This document shows, piece by piece, positions 47,466 through 58,272 of a stretch of 64,000 bases of DNA. The notes beneath the pieces are model-generated. The model ran no database searches and was not told the DNA's origin. It saw only the letters and a list, made by a program, of their open reading frames with translations. Every line of letters begins with the position of its first letter. Positions within the stretch are counted from its first letter, which is position 1. The DNA is from an uncultured Gemmatimonadales bacterium. Lineage in GTDB: Bacteria; Gemmatimonadota; Gemmatimonadetes; Longimicrobiales; RSA9. Location: NCBI GenBank assembly GCA_963783305.1, contig CAWAMW010000011.1, positions 32,001 to 96,000 of the forward strand, given 5' to 3'. The position numbers and the translations under genes were made by a program.

Positions 47466-49163
47466 ATGAGGATGAAGCGATCGCTGGTGACGCCGATAGT
47501 GGTAGCCGTGCTGGGACTTGCCAGCGGCGGCTGGTTGCTCCAGCACGGGGTGGACCCGGCTACGAACGTCTATTACCAGACGCGGCTCCTGGACGAGGTC
47601 GTGGACTATGTCGCCGAGCGGTTTGTGGAAGAGACCGACCGGGACGAGCTCTACCAGATGGCCATCGACGGTATGCTGAGCGAGCTGGGCGACCCGCACT
47701 CCGTCTTCATGACCCCAGAGGACTACGAGGGTCTGCGGATGCAGACCAGCGGCGAGTATGGCGGTCTGGGGATCGAGATCGATATACGCGACGGCTGGCT
47801 CACCGTCCTGTCCCCGCTCCCCAACTCTCCCGCCGAGCGTGTGGGGCTGATGCCCGGGGACCGCATCATCCGTGTGGAGGGCGAGTCCACCCGTGGCTGG
47901 ACCACGGACAAGGCGGTTTCGGTCCTGCGCGGTCCGAAGGGCAGCCCGGTGAACATTGCGGTGGCGCGCATGGGCATCGAGGAGCCGATCGCGTTCGAGA
48001 TCACGCGGGGTGACATCGAGCTGACGGCGGTGCCCGCCGCCTACATGATCGACGACGGCATCGGCTACGTCGAGCTCACGGTCTTCAGCGAGACGGCCAC
48101 GGACAGCCTTCGTCACGCCATCGACCGGCTCCGCGAGGAGGGCGCGCGATCGCTCGTGCTGGACATGCGGCGCAACTCCGGCGGGTTGCTGGAGCAGGGA
48201 ATGAGCATCTCCGACCTGTTCCTGGACCGTCGGCAGCTGGTGGTGGAGACCCGGGGACGCACCCCCGAGCAGAACCAGTCCTTCCGGGCGGCCCGGCCGG
48301 ACCAGTACGACGGTATGCAGGTGGCGGTGCTCGTAGGCCAGCGCAGCGCCTCCGCCACGGAGATCGTGGCCGGCGCCCTGCAGGACCACGACCGGGCTGT
48401 GCTGATCGGCCAGACCACTTTCGGCAAGGGCTCAGTGCAGACTCTTTATCAGCTTCCGGGCCAGAACATCCTGAAGCTCACGACGGCGCGCTGGTACACT
48501 CCGTCCGGCCGCACCATCCAGAAGCCGTACGGGGTCGGAACGTCCGCGTCCGTGGTGCGCGACGACAGCGGCGATGTCGAGCTCGTGCCGGATGATGCCC
48601 GGGACGCCGAGAAGAAGCGGGAGGACGACGTGCCGATCTACCACACGGACATGGGCCGGGAGGTCCTGGGCGGGGGGGGCATCACCCCTGACCTCGTAGT
48701 GGCGGACACGCTGTCCACGGACGTGCAGCGCCTGGTCCAGACGATTCAGGACCAATGGCCGCTCTTCAACAACCTGCTCTACCGGTACGCGGTGGAGTAT
48801 GCGCGCGACCGTAGCGAACTGCGACCCGGGTTCCCGGTCACGACCGAGATGCTGAACGAATTCCATGGTCTGCTGGCTTCGGAGGGGCTGAAGCTCGATC
48901 GCGCGGTGTACGACCCGGCGGCCTCGTTCGTGGGGCGGCGGCTGGCCAACGAGATCAGCGTGGTGGCGTTCAACCGGGAGGAGGGGTGGAAGCGTCTGCT
49001 GGAGGATGACCCTCAGCTGGATGTCGCGCTCGATCTGCTCCGGTCCTCCCGAACGACCGTGCAGCTGTTCGATCTGCTGCCCAGCTACGCCGAGCGGCGC
49101 GGCCTCATCCTGGGGCTGGAAGCGCAGGTGGAGCAGAACGGCGCTGCTCCGCACCCGTTCTGA
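47466..49163 (+). CDS. Carboxy-terminal processing protease (S41, CtpA/Prc family) with PDZ domain
   Basis: DPHS, YGGLGI, LRGPKGS, LDMRRNSGG, SASATEIVAGALQD, TFGKGSVQ and LTTARWYTPSGR motifs. Confidence 0.95.
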   Translation: MRMKRSLVTPIVVAVLGLASGGWLLQHGVDPATNVYYQTRLLDEVVDYVAERFVEETDRDELYQMAIDGMLSELGDPHSVFMTPEDYEGLRMQTSGEYGGLGIEIDIRDGWLTVLSPLPNSPAERVGLMPGDRIIRVEGESTRGWTTDKAVSVLRGPKGSPVNIAVARMGIEEPIAFEITRGDIELTAVPAAYMIDDGIGYVELTVFSETATDSLRHAIDRLREEGARSLVLDMRRNSGGLLEQGMSISDLFLDRRQLVVETRGRTPEQNQSFRAARPDQYDGMQVAVLVGQRSASATEIVAGALQDHDRAVLIGQTTFGKGSVQTLYQLPGQNILKLTTARWYTPSGRTIQKPYGVGTSASVVRDDSGDVELVPDDARDAEKKREDDVPIYHTDMGREVLGGGGITPDLVVADTLSTDVQRLVQTIQDQWPLFNNLLYRYAVEYARDRSELRPGFPVTTEMLNEFHGLLASEGLKLDRAVYDPAASFVGRRLANEISVVAFNREEGWKRLLEDDPQLDVALDLLRSSRTTVQLFDLLPSYAERRGLILGLEAQVEQNGAAPHPF

Positions 49164-49164
49164 T

Positions 49165-50007
49165 GTGACGCTCTGGGTCCTGTTGACACTGACAGGCTCC
49201 GGCCTGGTGATCGGGTTCATGTCCGGTCTCGTCGGAATCGGAGGAGGGGTGCTGATCGTGCCCCTCCTCTACTTCTTTTATGCCCACGCAGGCTGGAGCG
49301 GTGTCGCGCTCGCGCCCGACCTCCAGGCCGTGGTGGCGCACGCCACCAGCCTCTTCATCATCGCACCCACCTCGGCCCTCGGGACCTGGACGTACCACCG
49401 CTCCGGGGTAGTCGCGTGGCGGGCGGCGCTGCCCATCGCCGGATTCTCTGTGCTGGCCGCGCTCCTGGGGACCCAGCTTGCGCCGGAGATCCCGGCGCCG
49501 TGGCTGAAGCTGGGGTTCGGAGCGCTCCTCCTGGTTTCGGGATCGAGGCTGCTGCGGAAGGGCCGGTCGAACCCCGAGTCGGGCCGTCGCTCGCGCCTGC
49601 TTGTGGGCGCTGTCGCCGGAGTGGCGGTGGGGCTGATGTCCGCGCTGCTCGGCGTGGGGGGCGGGATCGTCGCGATTCCGATCCTCGTCTACTTCGTGGG
49701 CCTGGAGCTCGACAGGGTGGCGGCCACGTCCATGGCCATCATCGTGTTCACCGCGTTGGCGGCCGTCGCGGGTTATGCCCTGGCCGGGCTCGGTGAGGAG
49801 GGGCTGCCGCCCGGCAGCATCGGCTACGTCCACTACATGGCCGGTCTGCCGGTGCTGGCCGGGGCGCTGATCGCGGTTTCTACCGGTGCGCGCGTGAACC
49901 AGCGGATGGATACGCAGAAGCTGAGGCTCCTGTTCGGAGCCCTGTTCATTCTCCTCGGGCTCCGGCTCCTCCTGCAGAACGCATCGATCCTTCCCGGAAT
50001 CGGATGA
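49165..50007 (+). CDS. Sulfite exporter TauE/SafE family membrane protein
   Basis: Two repeats with GLVGIGGG..ATSL and LLGVGGG..ATSM; start GTG 49165 inferred. Confidence 0.9.
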   Translation: MTLWVLLTLTGSGLVIGFMSGLVGIGGGVLIVPLLYFFYAHAGWSGVALAPDLQAVVAHATSLFIIAPTSALGTWTYHRSGVVAWRAALPIAGFSVLAALLGTQLAPEIPAPWLKLGFGALLLVSGSRLLRKGRSNPESGRRSRLLVGAVAGVAVGLMSALLGVGGGIVAIPILVYFVGLELDRVAATSMAIIVFTALAAVAGYALAGLGEEGLPPGSIGYVHYMAGLPVLAGALIAVSTGARVNQRMDTQKLRLLFGALFILLGLRLLLQNASILPGIG

Positions 50008-50936
50008 CCGACGAGCCCGAGCGGGCTGCCGTGGACCCCCAGTATCCGGCCCCGGCGATTCCGCCCGGGGGCGTGCTGCTGGTGGCCGTCCTCGCGATGA
50101 GCTGGGGCGGTCCGCTCGTGCGCTATGCCACCGCTCCCGCGCTCGCGGTGGCGGGGTGGAGGGTGGCGTTTTCCGTCCTGATCATTACCGCCGTGGTTCT
50201 GCTGCGGGACCGGGGCCGGCGGATCCGGGCGCTGAGCGGGAGGGACTGGGCCCTCGCCGCCGCGTCGGGCGCATTCCTGGCCGGGCATTTCTGGAGCTGG
50301 ATCGCATCGCTCTCACTGACTACGGTGGCGAGCTCGGTCGTGCTGGTGAACACGCAGCCGGTTTTCGTGGCGCTGCTCTCCAGCGCGTTCCTGGGCGAGC
50401 GGCCCAGCCCCCGTCAGTGGGTGGGAATCGGGGTGGCCGTGATGGGCGCCGCGGTGATCGGCTGGGGCGACTTCGCGGGGGGGCGGGACCCCGTTCTGGG
50501 CGACCTCCTCGCCGTGGCCGGCGCGGTGCTGGTATCGCTCTACTATGTCATCGGCCGTCGACTTCGCCAGCGACTGGATCTCTGGAGCTACATCGCGGTG
50601 GTCTACGGTGTGGCCGCAGCGATCCTGCTCGGCGCCGCGGGCGCGCTCCCGGACGTGGCGGTGACGGGGTACCCCGCCGGCGACTGGCTCGTCTTCCTGG
50701 CGTTGGCGGCCGGCCCGATGATGCTCGGGCACACAGGCGTGAATTACGCACTGCGGTTCGTCCCCGCATACGTCGCGAACCTCGCGTTGCTCGGCGAGCC
50801 CATCGGCGCCACGCTCCTGGCCTGGTGGCTGCCGGGGATCCGGGAGGTGCCGAGTATACAGCTGCTGCTGGGAGGATTGCTGGTTCTGCTCGGAATCGGG
50901 CTGGGCGTACGGCGTCGCGCTCGGTCCGGCGAGTGA
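50004..50936 (+). CDS. DMT/EamA family transporter
   Basis: About 10 TMs; HFWSWIASL..TTVASS..LVNTQP, LGERP and LGEPIGA motifs. Confidence 0.9.
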   Translation: MTDEPERAAVDPQYPAPAIPPGGVLLVAVLAMSWGGPLVRYATAPALAVAGWRVAFSVLIITAVVLLRDRGRRIRALSGRDWALAAASGAFLAGHFWSWIASLSLTTVASSVVLVNTQPVFVALLSSAFLGERPSPRQWVGIGVAVMGAAVIGWGDFAGGRDPVLGDLLAVAGAVLVSLYYVIGRRLRQRLDLWSYIAVVYGVAAAILLGAAGALPDVAVTGYPAGDWLVFLALAAGPMMLGHTGVNYALRFVPAYVANLALLGEPIGATLLAWWLPGIREVPSIQLLLGGLLVLLGIGLGVRRRARSGE

Positions 50937-50990
50937 CGGATCGGGCCATGGGCAGCGCATGAAAAAGGCGGCAGAATTGGAGAGAGCGGT

Positions 50991-52007
50991 ATGCGAGCGG
51001 ACGTGAGCGGACCCGCGCGGGTGGAGGTTCTGCGTGGCGGTCGGGTGGAGTCGGTGCACGAGGTCGATCTCGCGGTGGTGAGCGCCGACGGCTCGGTGGT
51101 GATGCGGGCGGGGCGGCCAGAGCACCCGGTGTTCGTGCGTTCGGCCATCAAGCCTTTCCAGGCGCTGCCTCTGGTGGCCGACGGAGTGGCGGAGTCCCTG
51201 GGTCTGACCGAGGAGGAGATGGCGGTGTGCTGTGCTTCCCACAGCGGCGAGCGCAGGCACGTGGAACTTGCCCGCTCGATCCTCGAAAAAGCAGGGGTGG
51301 ACGAAACGGCGCTCGCGTGCGGGCCGCACGCGCCGTTCAGCAGCGAAGCGGCCGAATCGCTGCGCGCCGCGGGACTGGAGCCGCTGCGGGTCCACAACAA
51401 CTGCTCCGGCAAACACGCGGGAATGCTCGCGCTGGCCCGGGGGCACGACTGGCAGACCGCGGGTTACCAGAAGCTGGAGCACCCGGTGCAGCAGCGGGTT
51501 CTCCGGGAGATCGAGCGCTGGACCGGCGTGGCTCGCCACCGCATCGACACGGGTGTGGACGGCTGCGGCGTTGCGACGTTCGCCCTTCCGCTGGAGGCGC
51601 TGGCACTGGCGTTCGCTCGTCTGTCGGCGGCGGCCCGGGAAGCCGGGAGCCCGGCCGCGCGCGTCCTGGGCGCCATGCGTGCCCACCCGTTCGTAGTAGC
51701 CGGTACGAACCGACTTTGTACGGAGGTGGTGCGAGCCACCGGGGGGAGGGTCATCGCGAAGGTGGGAGCGGAGGGCGTCTACGGCGCCGTTGCGCTGGAC
51801 CGCGATTGGGGCTTTGCGCTGAAGGCGCGGGACGGCGCCCGGCGCGCGGCCGAAACGGCGCTGGTGGGACTGCTCGAGGCGGCCGGTTTGTTGCCGGTGG
51901 AAGAGGCGCGGTCGCTGGAGCGATGGCTTCATCCGGTGCTGCGGAACACGCGCGGCGAGCGGGTGGGAATGATACGGATGACGATCGAGGCGGTGGATGG
52001 TGGCTGA
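50991..52007 (+). CDS. L-asparaginase II family protein (Rhizobium AnsA type)
   Basis: RGGRVESVH, RSAIKPFQA, CASHSGE..H, HNNCSGKHAGML, DGCG and KVGAEG motifs. Confidence 0.93.
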   Translation: MRADVSGPARVEVLRGGRVESVHEVDLAVVSADGSVVMRAGRPEHPVFVRSAIKPFQALPLVADGVAESLGLTEEEMAVCCASHSGERRHVELARSILEKAGVDETALACGPHAPFSSEAAESLRAAGLEPLRVHNNCSGKHAGMLALARGHDWQTAGYQKLEHPVQQRVLREIERWTGVARHRIDTGVDGCGVATFALPLEALALAFARLSAAAREAGSPAARVLGAMRAHPFVVAGTNRLCTEVVRATGGRVIAKVGAEGVYGAVALDRDWGFALKARDGARRAAETALVGLLEAAGLLPVEEARSLERWLHPVLRNTRGERVGMIRMTIEAVDGG

Positions 52008-52644
52008 GAGGGCGTCGGATGAGGCGGTGCTGGACCCCACCACACGCGTGCTGGTTCGCCTGGCGGCAGCACTCACGGCAGGGGAAGCCGCGCAGCTGGT
52101 GGAGATGGACCAGGCGGCCGGACTGGCGCCGGAGCTGGCGGAGGAGGTGCTGCTCCAGAGCTATCTCTTCCTCGGATTCCCGGTGGCGCTGAACTCGCTG
52201 GGACTCTGGCGACGTCGGACCGGCCGCCCCGCGCCGGAGCCTGGCGTCATGGACCCGGCGGCGCGGGACCCCGACCGCTGGCTCGAGCGGGGGGAGGAAG
52301 TGTGCCGTGCGGTGTACGCCCATCAGTACGAAGCGCTGCGGGAGGTTATGCAGGGTATTCACCCGGAGCTGGATCACTGGGCGCTCATGGAGGGGTACGG
52401 AAAGGTGCTCGGGAGACCGGGGCTCGAGCTGTGGCGGAGGGAGTTGTGCGTGGCCGCCATGCTGAGCGGGGTCGATGCGAGTCGACAGCTCCACGCGCAT
52501 CTGCGCGGATGCCTGAACGTGGGAGCGGAGCCGGCGGTCGTGGCCGCCATGCTGGTCGAGGTACGCTCCATCATTGGCAGGGAGCGGGCGAAGACCGCCG
52601 ATCGGATCTGGCGGAAAGTACGGGAGCGCAGGGGCCAACGGTAA
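51997..52644 (+). CDS. Carboxymuconolactone decarboxylase (AhpD-like) family protein
   Basis: EVLLQSYLFLGFP, GYGKVLGRPGL..RRELC and QLHAHLRGCLNVGA motifs. Confidence 0.8.
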   Translation: MVAERASDEAVLDPTTRVLVRLAAALTAGEAAQLVEMDQAAGLAPELAEEVLLQSYLFLGFPVALNSLGLWRRRTGRPAPEPGVMDPAARDPDRWLERGEEVCRAVYAHQYEALREVMQGIHPELDHWALMEGYGKVLGRPGLELWRRELCVAAMLSGVDASRQLHAHLRGCLNVGAEPAVVAAMLVEVRSIIGRERAKTADRIWRKVRERRGQR

Positions 52645-52669
52645 GACTCAGTCGCAGGGGGAGAGCGGG

Positions 52670-53692
52670 ATGTTCGTCGATCAGGCAACGATCAATGTGT
52701 ACGCCGGTGATGGAGGATCGGGAGCGGAGGCGTTCCGGCGAGAGAAGTACGTGGCCCACGGGGGGCCGTCCGGCGGCAACGGTGGACAGGGTGGGGACGT
52801 CATCCTGGAGGCGGACGGGCAGCTCAGCACGCTGCTCGACTTCCGCTATCACCAGCATTACAAGGCGGAGCGAGGTCAGCACGGAGAGGGGAAGAACATG
52901 ACGGGCCGGAGCGGTGAGGACCTCGTCCTGCGCGTCCCTCCCGGGACGTTTGTGACGGACACGGACACGGGCGATTCCGTGGGCGAGCTCCTGGAGGCGG
53001 GGGATCGGCTGCGGGTCGCGCGCGGCGGCCGCGGGGGTCGCGGCAACGCCGCGTTCGCCTCGCCGACCAACCGCACGCCCAGGGAGTGGGAGCCGGGCGA
53101 GCTGGGGGAGGAGCGGCGCCTCACGCTGGAGCTGAAGCTCATCGCGGATGTGGGGCTGGTAGGATTCCCGAACGCCGGCAAGTCGACGCTGCTCGCCGCC
53201 GTCTCGGCCGCCCGTCCGAAGGTGGCGGATTACCCATTCACTACCCTCCAGCCGAACCTGGGTGTGGTCCAGATGTCCGACAGCCGGACCTTCGTGCTCG
53301 CCGACATCCCGGGAATCATTGAGGGAGCGCACGAGGGGAAGGGGCTCGGGTTCCAATTCCTGCGCCACATCGAGAGGACCCGGGTTCTCACCTTCCTGGT
53401 TCCGGCCGAGTCGGAGGACGTGGAAGCGGAGCTCGCGACGCTCCGGGCCGAGCTGGCCGAGTACTCCGAGGAGCTGGCGAGAAAGCCGTTCAGCGTGGTG
53501 ATCTCGAAGGCCGACCTCGTGGGGCCGGAAGACGAGCTGGAAGTGCCGGATGTCCCGGGCGCCTGGGGTCGATTCGTCATATCGGCGGTGTCCGGCAGGG
53601 GCGTCGATGCCTGGAAGGAGGCTGTCTGGAAGCAGGTCCGCGGGGAAGTCCAGGAGGAGATCGAGGAGGAGCCGGAACCGTGGCGACCGTAG
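52670..53692 (+). CDS. obgE: GTPase Obg/CgtA
   Basis: MFVD, FRREKY..GGP.GG, GFPNAGKST, YPFTTL.P and DIPGIIEGA motifs. Confidence 0.98.
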   Translation: MFVDQATINVYAGDGGSGAEAFRREKYVAHGGPSGGNGGQGGDVILEADGQLSTLLDFRYHQHYKAERGQHGEGKNMTGRSGEDLVLRVPPGTFVTDTDTGDSVGELLEAGDRLRVARGGRGGRGNAAFASPTNRTPREWEPGELGEERRLTLELKLIADVGLVGFPNAGKSTLLAAVSAARPKVADYPFTTLQPNLGVVQMSDSRTFVLADIPGIIEGAHEGKGLGFQFLRHIERTRVLTFLVPAESEDVEAELATLRAELAEYSEELARKPFSVVISKADLVGPEDELEVPDVPGAWGRFVISAVSGRGVDAWKEAVWKQVRGEVQEEIEEEPEPWRP

Positions 53693-54774
53693 CCTCGGCC
53701 CCGATCCGACCTCCGCCCGAGCTGCTGCGGGCGTTGATCGGCGCGGCTGTGCTCCCCGGCGTAGGCTGCGTTAGCCTGCGCGCCGCCCTCGCGGATCGGG
53801 CGGGGCCCGCAGCGGCGCTGGATCGCCTTGCCGTCGAAGTCCGCGGTGGCCTGGGGGTGGTGGACCGGGAACGCGCCGGCGGCTGGGCCCGGCGCGCACT
53901 GGAGACCATCGAGGCGGAGCACGTCCACGTCCTGGTCCCCGGCGACGGCCACTATCCAGAGCGACTTCTCCAGGTGCCTCACCCGCCCTGTCCCCTCTTT
54001 GCCCGGGGCCGCCTCGAGCTCCTGGAGGCCCCCATGGTGGCGGTCGTCGGCACGCGCCGCTGCACGCCGTACGGGAGGGACGCGGCCCGGCGGATCGCGG
54101 GTGGCATCGCCTCTGCCGGCGTGATTGTGATCAGCGGCCTCGCCCGCGGCATCGACGGTGAGGCACACGCCGCCGCCGGACCCGCCCGGACGGTGGCCGT
54201 GCTGGGCTGCGGGATCGATGTCGTCTTCCCTGTGGACCATCGCAGTCTGCAGGAGGCGATCGGGGTGGAGGGTCTGCTGGTCACCGAGCAGCTTCCGGGG
54301 GCGCCGCCCGCCGCACACAACTTCCCGCGCCGCAACCGGATCATCGCCGGACTGGCCCGCGGGGTGGTCGTGATCGAGGCCCCCGTGAAGAGCGGCGCCC
54401 TCAGCACTGCCCGGAAGGCCGTGGACGCAGGGCAGGACGTGTTCGCGGTACCCGGCCCGATCGGGACCCGGTCGTCGGCCGGCTCGAACGCGTTGATCCG
54501 CGACGGCGCAACGCTGGTGACCAGCGCCCGCGAGGTGCTGCTGGGGCTGAAGCTGCCGCTGCCGCAGGACGGCTTCGAGGAAGAGGTCGCTCCGCGGGAG
54601 CTGGAGGGGCAGGGGCTCGCGCTCTGGCGGGTTCTCGGTCGCGAGCCGAGGCACGTGGACGAGATCTCGACCGAAGTGGGACTGGAGCCGCATCGCAGCC
54701 TGGCGTCGCTGCTCGCCCTCGAAGTGCGGGGGCATGCCCGGCAGCTCCCGGGCTTGCGCTTCGTTCGAGCCTGA
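53680..54774 (+). CDS. dprA: DNA-processing protein DprA
   Basis: AVVGTR, SGLARGID, FPRRNRIIAGL, VIEA..KSGALSTA and VFAVPG motifs; C-terminal winged helix. Confidence 0.96.
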   Translation: MATVASAPIRPPPELLRALIGAAVLPGVGCVSLRAALADRAGPAAALDRLAVEVRGGLGVVDRERAGGWARRALETIEAEHVHVLVPGDGHYPERLLQVPHPPCPLFARGRLELLEAPMVAVVGTRRCTPYGRDAARRIAGGIASAGVIVISGLARGIDGEAHAAAGPARTVAVLGCGIDVVFPVDHRSLQEAIGVEGLLVTEQLPGAPPAAHNFPRRNRIIAGLARGVVVIEAPVKSGALSTARKAVDAGQDVFAVPGPIGTRSSAGSNALIRDGATLVTSAREVLLGLKLPLPQDGFEEEVAPRELEGQGLALWRVLGREPRHVDEISTEVGLEPHRSLASLLALEVRGHARQLPGLRFVRA

Positions 54775-54805
54775 ACTGTCCCGGTTCCCGCGGGTACCTC
54801 AGGTC

Positions 54806-55960
54806 GTGAAGCCCCGAAACCTGTACGTACACGCCCCGTTCTGCGCCCGCCGCTGCAGCTACTGCGACTTCGCGGTCACGGTGGACTCGGCTCCGCCCGT
54901 TGCCGCGTGGGCGGAGGCGATCGGCCGCGAGCTGCAGCGCACGTCGCGGGAGCAGGGCTGGGATGAGCCGCTCGACCTCGAGACGCTCTATCTCGGCGGA
55001 GGCACGCCTTCTCTGCTCGGACCCGGCGCCCTGAGCTCGCTGCGGGAGCGGATCGCTCCCCACGCGCGTCTGGAGGCGGTGGAGGAGCTCACGGCCGAAG
55101 CGAATCCCGAGAGCTTCACGCCCGAGCTGGCGGCGGATTGGCGAGCGGCGGGGGTGAACCGGGTCAGCCTGGGAGCCCAGACATTCCATGCGCCCAGCCT
55201 GCGCTGGATGGGCCGGCTCCACGGGCCCGACGGACCAGCGCGTGCCGTCGCGGTCGCGCGTGCGGCGGGGATCGACAACGTGGGATTGGACCTCATATTC
55301 GGGTTGCCCCCTCGACTCGGGCGGGAGTTGGGCGGGGACCTGGATCGGATCCTCGAGCTGGAGCCGGAGCACATCTCGGTGTACGGTCTCTCGGTTGAGC
55401 CCGACACGCCGCTGGGGCGCTGGGTCGCGGAGGGACGAGAAACCGTTGGGGGCGAAGATCAGTACGAGGAGGAGTTCCTGCAGGTGGCCGACAGGCTGCA
55501 GGAGGCCGGCTACGCCCATTACGAAGTCTCCAACTTCGCGCGGCCGGGGCGCGAGGCGCGGCACAATACCTCCTACTGGCGGGGTGTGCCGTACCTGGGC
55601 CTCGGCAACGGCGCCCACTCCTTCGTGGCCCCGGCGCGTTGGTGGAACCACCGGGACTGGGCAGAGTATCGTCGGGCACTGGAGGAAGGCCGGAGCGCGC
55701 GCGCCGACGAGGAAACGGTGGGGCCCGCGGAGTCGCGGCTGGAGCGCATATGGCTCGGGCTCCGGACGAGGGAGGGGCTCGCGAGTAGCGAGCTGACCCC
55801 GCGCCAGCTGCAACGCGCCCGGGAGTGGGGGCGGCGCGGCTGGGTGGAGCCGGACCCCGAGCGGCTTCGGCTGTCGGCACGTGGCTGGCTTCTGCTCGAT
55901 CGCCTGGCGGTGGAGCTCGATGAGGTCGGCCCGGCGCGGGCGCAGGGGGAGGGCGCTTGA
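54806..55960 (+). CDS. hemW: Radical SAM heme chaperone HemW
   Basis: LYVHAPFCARRCSYCDF, GGGTPS, EANP, YEVSNFA and HN..YW motifs; next to hrcA; start GTG 54806 inferred. Confidence 0.93.
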   Translation: MKPRNLYVHAPFCARRCSYCDFAVTVDSAPPVAAWAEAIGRELQRTSREQGWDEPLDLETLYLGGGTPSLLGPGALSSLRERIAPHARLEAVEELTAEANPESFTPELAADWRAAGVNRVSLGAQTFHAPSLRWMGRLHGPDGPARAVAVARAAGIDNVGLDLIFGLPPRLGRELGGDLDRILELEPEHISVYGLSVEPDTPLGRWVAEGRETVGGEDQYEEEFLQVADRLQEAGYAHYEVSNFARPGREARHNTSYWRGVPYLGLGNGAHSFVAPARWWNHRDWAEYRRALEEGRSARADEETVGPAESRLERIWLGLRTREGLASSELTPRQLQRAREWGRRGWVEPDPERLRLSARGWLLLDRLAVELDEVGPARAQGEGA

Positions 55961-56027
55961 GCACAGCGCCGCGCGCCGCGAAATTGTATGGTTGCGGTCC
56001 GGTTGAATGGAGCCACGGTGAGTCGCC

Positions 56028-57101
56028 ATGAGTGATGCAGCTCTGACAGAACGGGAACGGAGCGTCCTTGACGCCGTCATCCGTACGTACGTGGAGACGG
56101 CGGAGCCCGCGGGGAGCCGGACTGTGGCGAAGCGCCATCATCTGGGGGTCTCGCCGGCGACCGTCCGCAACACCATGTCGGACCTGGAGGAGAAGGGATT
56201 CCTTTTCCACCCCCACACATCGGCGGGGCGGATCCCCACCGACCTGGCCTACCGCTATTACGTGGATACCTTGATGCGGCCGCGGAAGCTCACCCAGTCG
56301 CAGCGAGCGAGGCTGCGGCAGGAGCTGGGGGAGGAGAACGGTCCGCTGGAGCGGCTGGTGCGACGGGCCACTCAGGCGATGGGACTGCTCACGGGCGAGC
56401 TGGGCGTAGCCATCGCGCCGTCGGTCGATGACGTGATCCTGGAGCGTCTCGAGCTGCTGGCGCTCTCGAGCGAGAAGGTCCTGCTCGTCCTGCGCCTGCG
56501 AAACGGCATCGTGCGCACGGTGTACGTCGACCTGCCCCTGTCGATCCCGAAGGAGACGCTGCTGGCGGTCACCATCGTTCTGAACGAGCGGCTCGCGGGG
56601 CAGAGCATGGGCGCGATCCGGAAGACGCTGCCGGAGCGGCTGCGCGACGCCGCGCCGTTGGACGATGTCCCCGCTTCGGAGCTGTTGAATATCTTCCTCC
56701 AGTCGGGTGAGGACATGTTCGACCTGTCCGGGGACGAGGTCCACCTCGGATACACGAGCGTTCTGGCGAGCCAGCCGGAATTCGAGACGGGGCCGGAGCT
56801 GCGGGGTCTGATCGAGCTGACGGAGCGGCGCGACCTGCTGGCGAGTGTGCTTTCGCGGCGGGACAAGGACTCGCAGCTCCAGATCCGGATCGGCTCCGAG
56901 AACGAGGAGCCTGAGCTCAACAGCTTCACGCTGGTGACGGGCGAGTACCGGGTGGGCGATCTGGCGGGGGTGATCGGCGTTATCGGTCCCACACGCATGC
57001 CCTACGACCGGGTGGTCGCCATCGTGGACAGCACGAGCCGCCTGGTTTCAGAGCTGTACAGCACGATTTCGCAGGGACACGCACGAGAACCGAAGGACTG
57101 A
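56028..57101 (+). CDS. hrcA: Heat-inducible transcription repressor HrcA
   Basis: [34 protein letters not shown] and [10 protein letters not shown] motifs. Confidence 0.98.
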   Translation: MSDAALTERERSVLDAVIRTYVETAEPAGSRTVAKRHHLGVSPATVRNTMSDLEEKGFLFHPHTSAGRIPTDLAYRYYVDTLMRPRKLTQSQRARLRQELGEENGPLERLVRRATQAMGLLTGELGVAIAPSVDDVILERLELLALSSEKVLLVLRLRNGIVRTVYVDLPLSIPKETLLAVTIVLNERLAGQSMGAIRKTLPERLRDAAPLDDVPASELLNIFLQSGEDMFDLSGDEVHLGYTSVLASQPEFETGPELRGLIELTERRDLLASVLSRRDKDSQLQIRIGSENEEPELNSFTLVTGEYRVGDLAGVIGVIGPTRMPYDRVVAIVDSTSRLVSELYSTISQGHAREPKD

Positions 57102-57111
57102 ACGATACGCG

Positions 57112-58272
57112 ATGCGCGATTATTACGAGATACTGGGTGTAGAGCGAGGGGCCGACGGCGAAGCGGTGAAGAAGGCCTACCGCAAGCTGGCGCTGAAGTA
57201 CCATCCCGACCGCAACGGCGGCTCCGATGAGGGCGCCGAGAAGTTCAAGGAGGCCACGGAGGCGTATGAGGTTCTGCGTGACCCGGAGAAGCGGGCCGCC
57301 TATGACCGGTTCGGTCACGCGGGCGTGAAGGGTGGGGCTGGGGCGCAGGGCTTTGGCGGGTTCGACTTCTCGGACGCGCTCAACATCTTCATGCGTGACT
57401 TCGGCGGCTTCGGGCTGGACGACCTGTTCGGCGGTGGTGCCAGAGGGCGCTCTCGCCGTGGCGGTCCGCAGAAGGGTCCGGACACGCGGCTCCGGCTGCC
57501 CATCACGCTGGCCGAGGTGGCTACGGGGGTGACCAAGAAGCTCCGGATCGACGTCAACGACCCGTGCTCCGGGTGCGGCGGGAGCGGGGCCGAGGAGGGA
57601 TCGCAGCCGGTGGAGTGCGACACGTGTGGCGGGACGGGCGAGGTCCGTCGCGTGCAGCGGTCGATGCTCGGTCAGCTCATGAGCGTGACTCCGTGCCCCA
57701 CCTGTGGCGGTGAGGGCAGGGTGATCGAGAACGAGTGCGGCGTCTGCCATGGCCGCGGGGTCGAGAGCGGAGAGACGGAGCTGGAGGTCAAGGTCCCGGC
57801 CGGCGTCTCGTCCGGTGACTACATCACGGTGCGGGGCCGGGGCAGTGTGGGCCCCCGGGGCGGCCCGCGCGGCCACGTGTACGTGGTACTGGAGGTGGAG
57901 GAGGACGAGCGGTTCGTCCGTGAGGGTGCGGACCTCTACTTCGAGCTGCCGGTCACGTACGCACAGGCGGTTCTGGGCGATTCGGTGGAGGTGCCCACGG
58001 TGCTCGGCACCGCGGATCTCGCGATCCCCCGTGGCACGCAGTCGGGCACGATCCTGAGGCTCAGGGATGAGGGCCTGCCGCGGCTGCAGGCGACCGGCAG
58101 GGGCGATCAGCTGGTGCGGGTCGTGGTGTGGGTGCCCCAGGATCTCAACCCGGAGCACGAGGCGCGAATCCGGAGTCTGCGCGATGTGGAGGATACGGCG
58201 CCGGAGTCCATCGACCGTGGATCCGAGGCGGGCGGGTTCTGGAATCGGGTCCGGCAGGCGTTCAGCGCGTGA
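57112..58272 (+). CDS. dnaJ: Molecular chaperone DnaJ
   Basis: J domain with HPD, G/F-rich region, four CxxCxGxG repeats. Confidence 0.98.
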   Translation: MRDYYEILGVERGADGEAVKKAYRKLALKYHPDRNGGSDEGAEKFKEATEAYEVLRDPEKRAAYDRFGHAGVKGGAGAQGFGGFDFSDALNIFMRDFGGFGLDDLFGGGARGRSRRGGPQKGPDTRLRLPITLAEVATGVTKKLRIDVNDPCSGCGGSGAEEGSQPVECDTCGGTGEVRRVQRSMLGQLMSVTPCPTCGGEGRVIENECGVCHGRGVESGETELEVKVPAGVSSGDYITVRGRGSVGPRGGPRGHVYVVLEVEEDERFVREGADLYFELPVTYAQAVLGDSVEVPTVLGTADLAIPRGTQSGTILRLRDEGLPRLQATGRGDQLVRVVVWVPQDLNPEHEARIRSLRDVEDTAPESIDRGSEAGGFWNRVRQAFSA

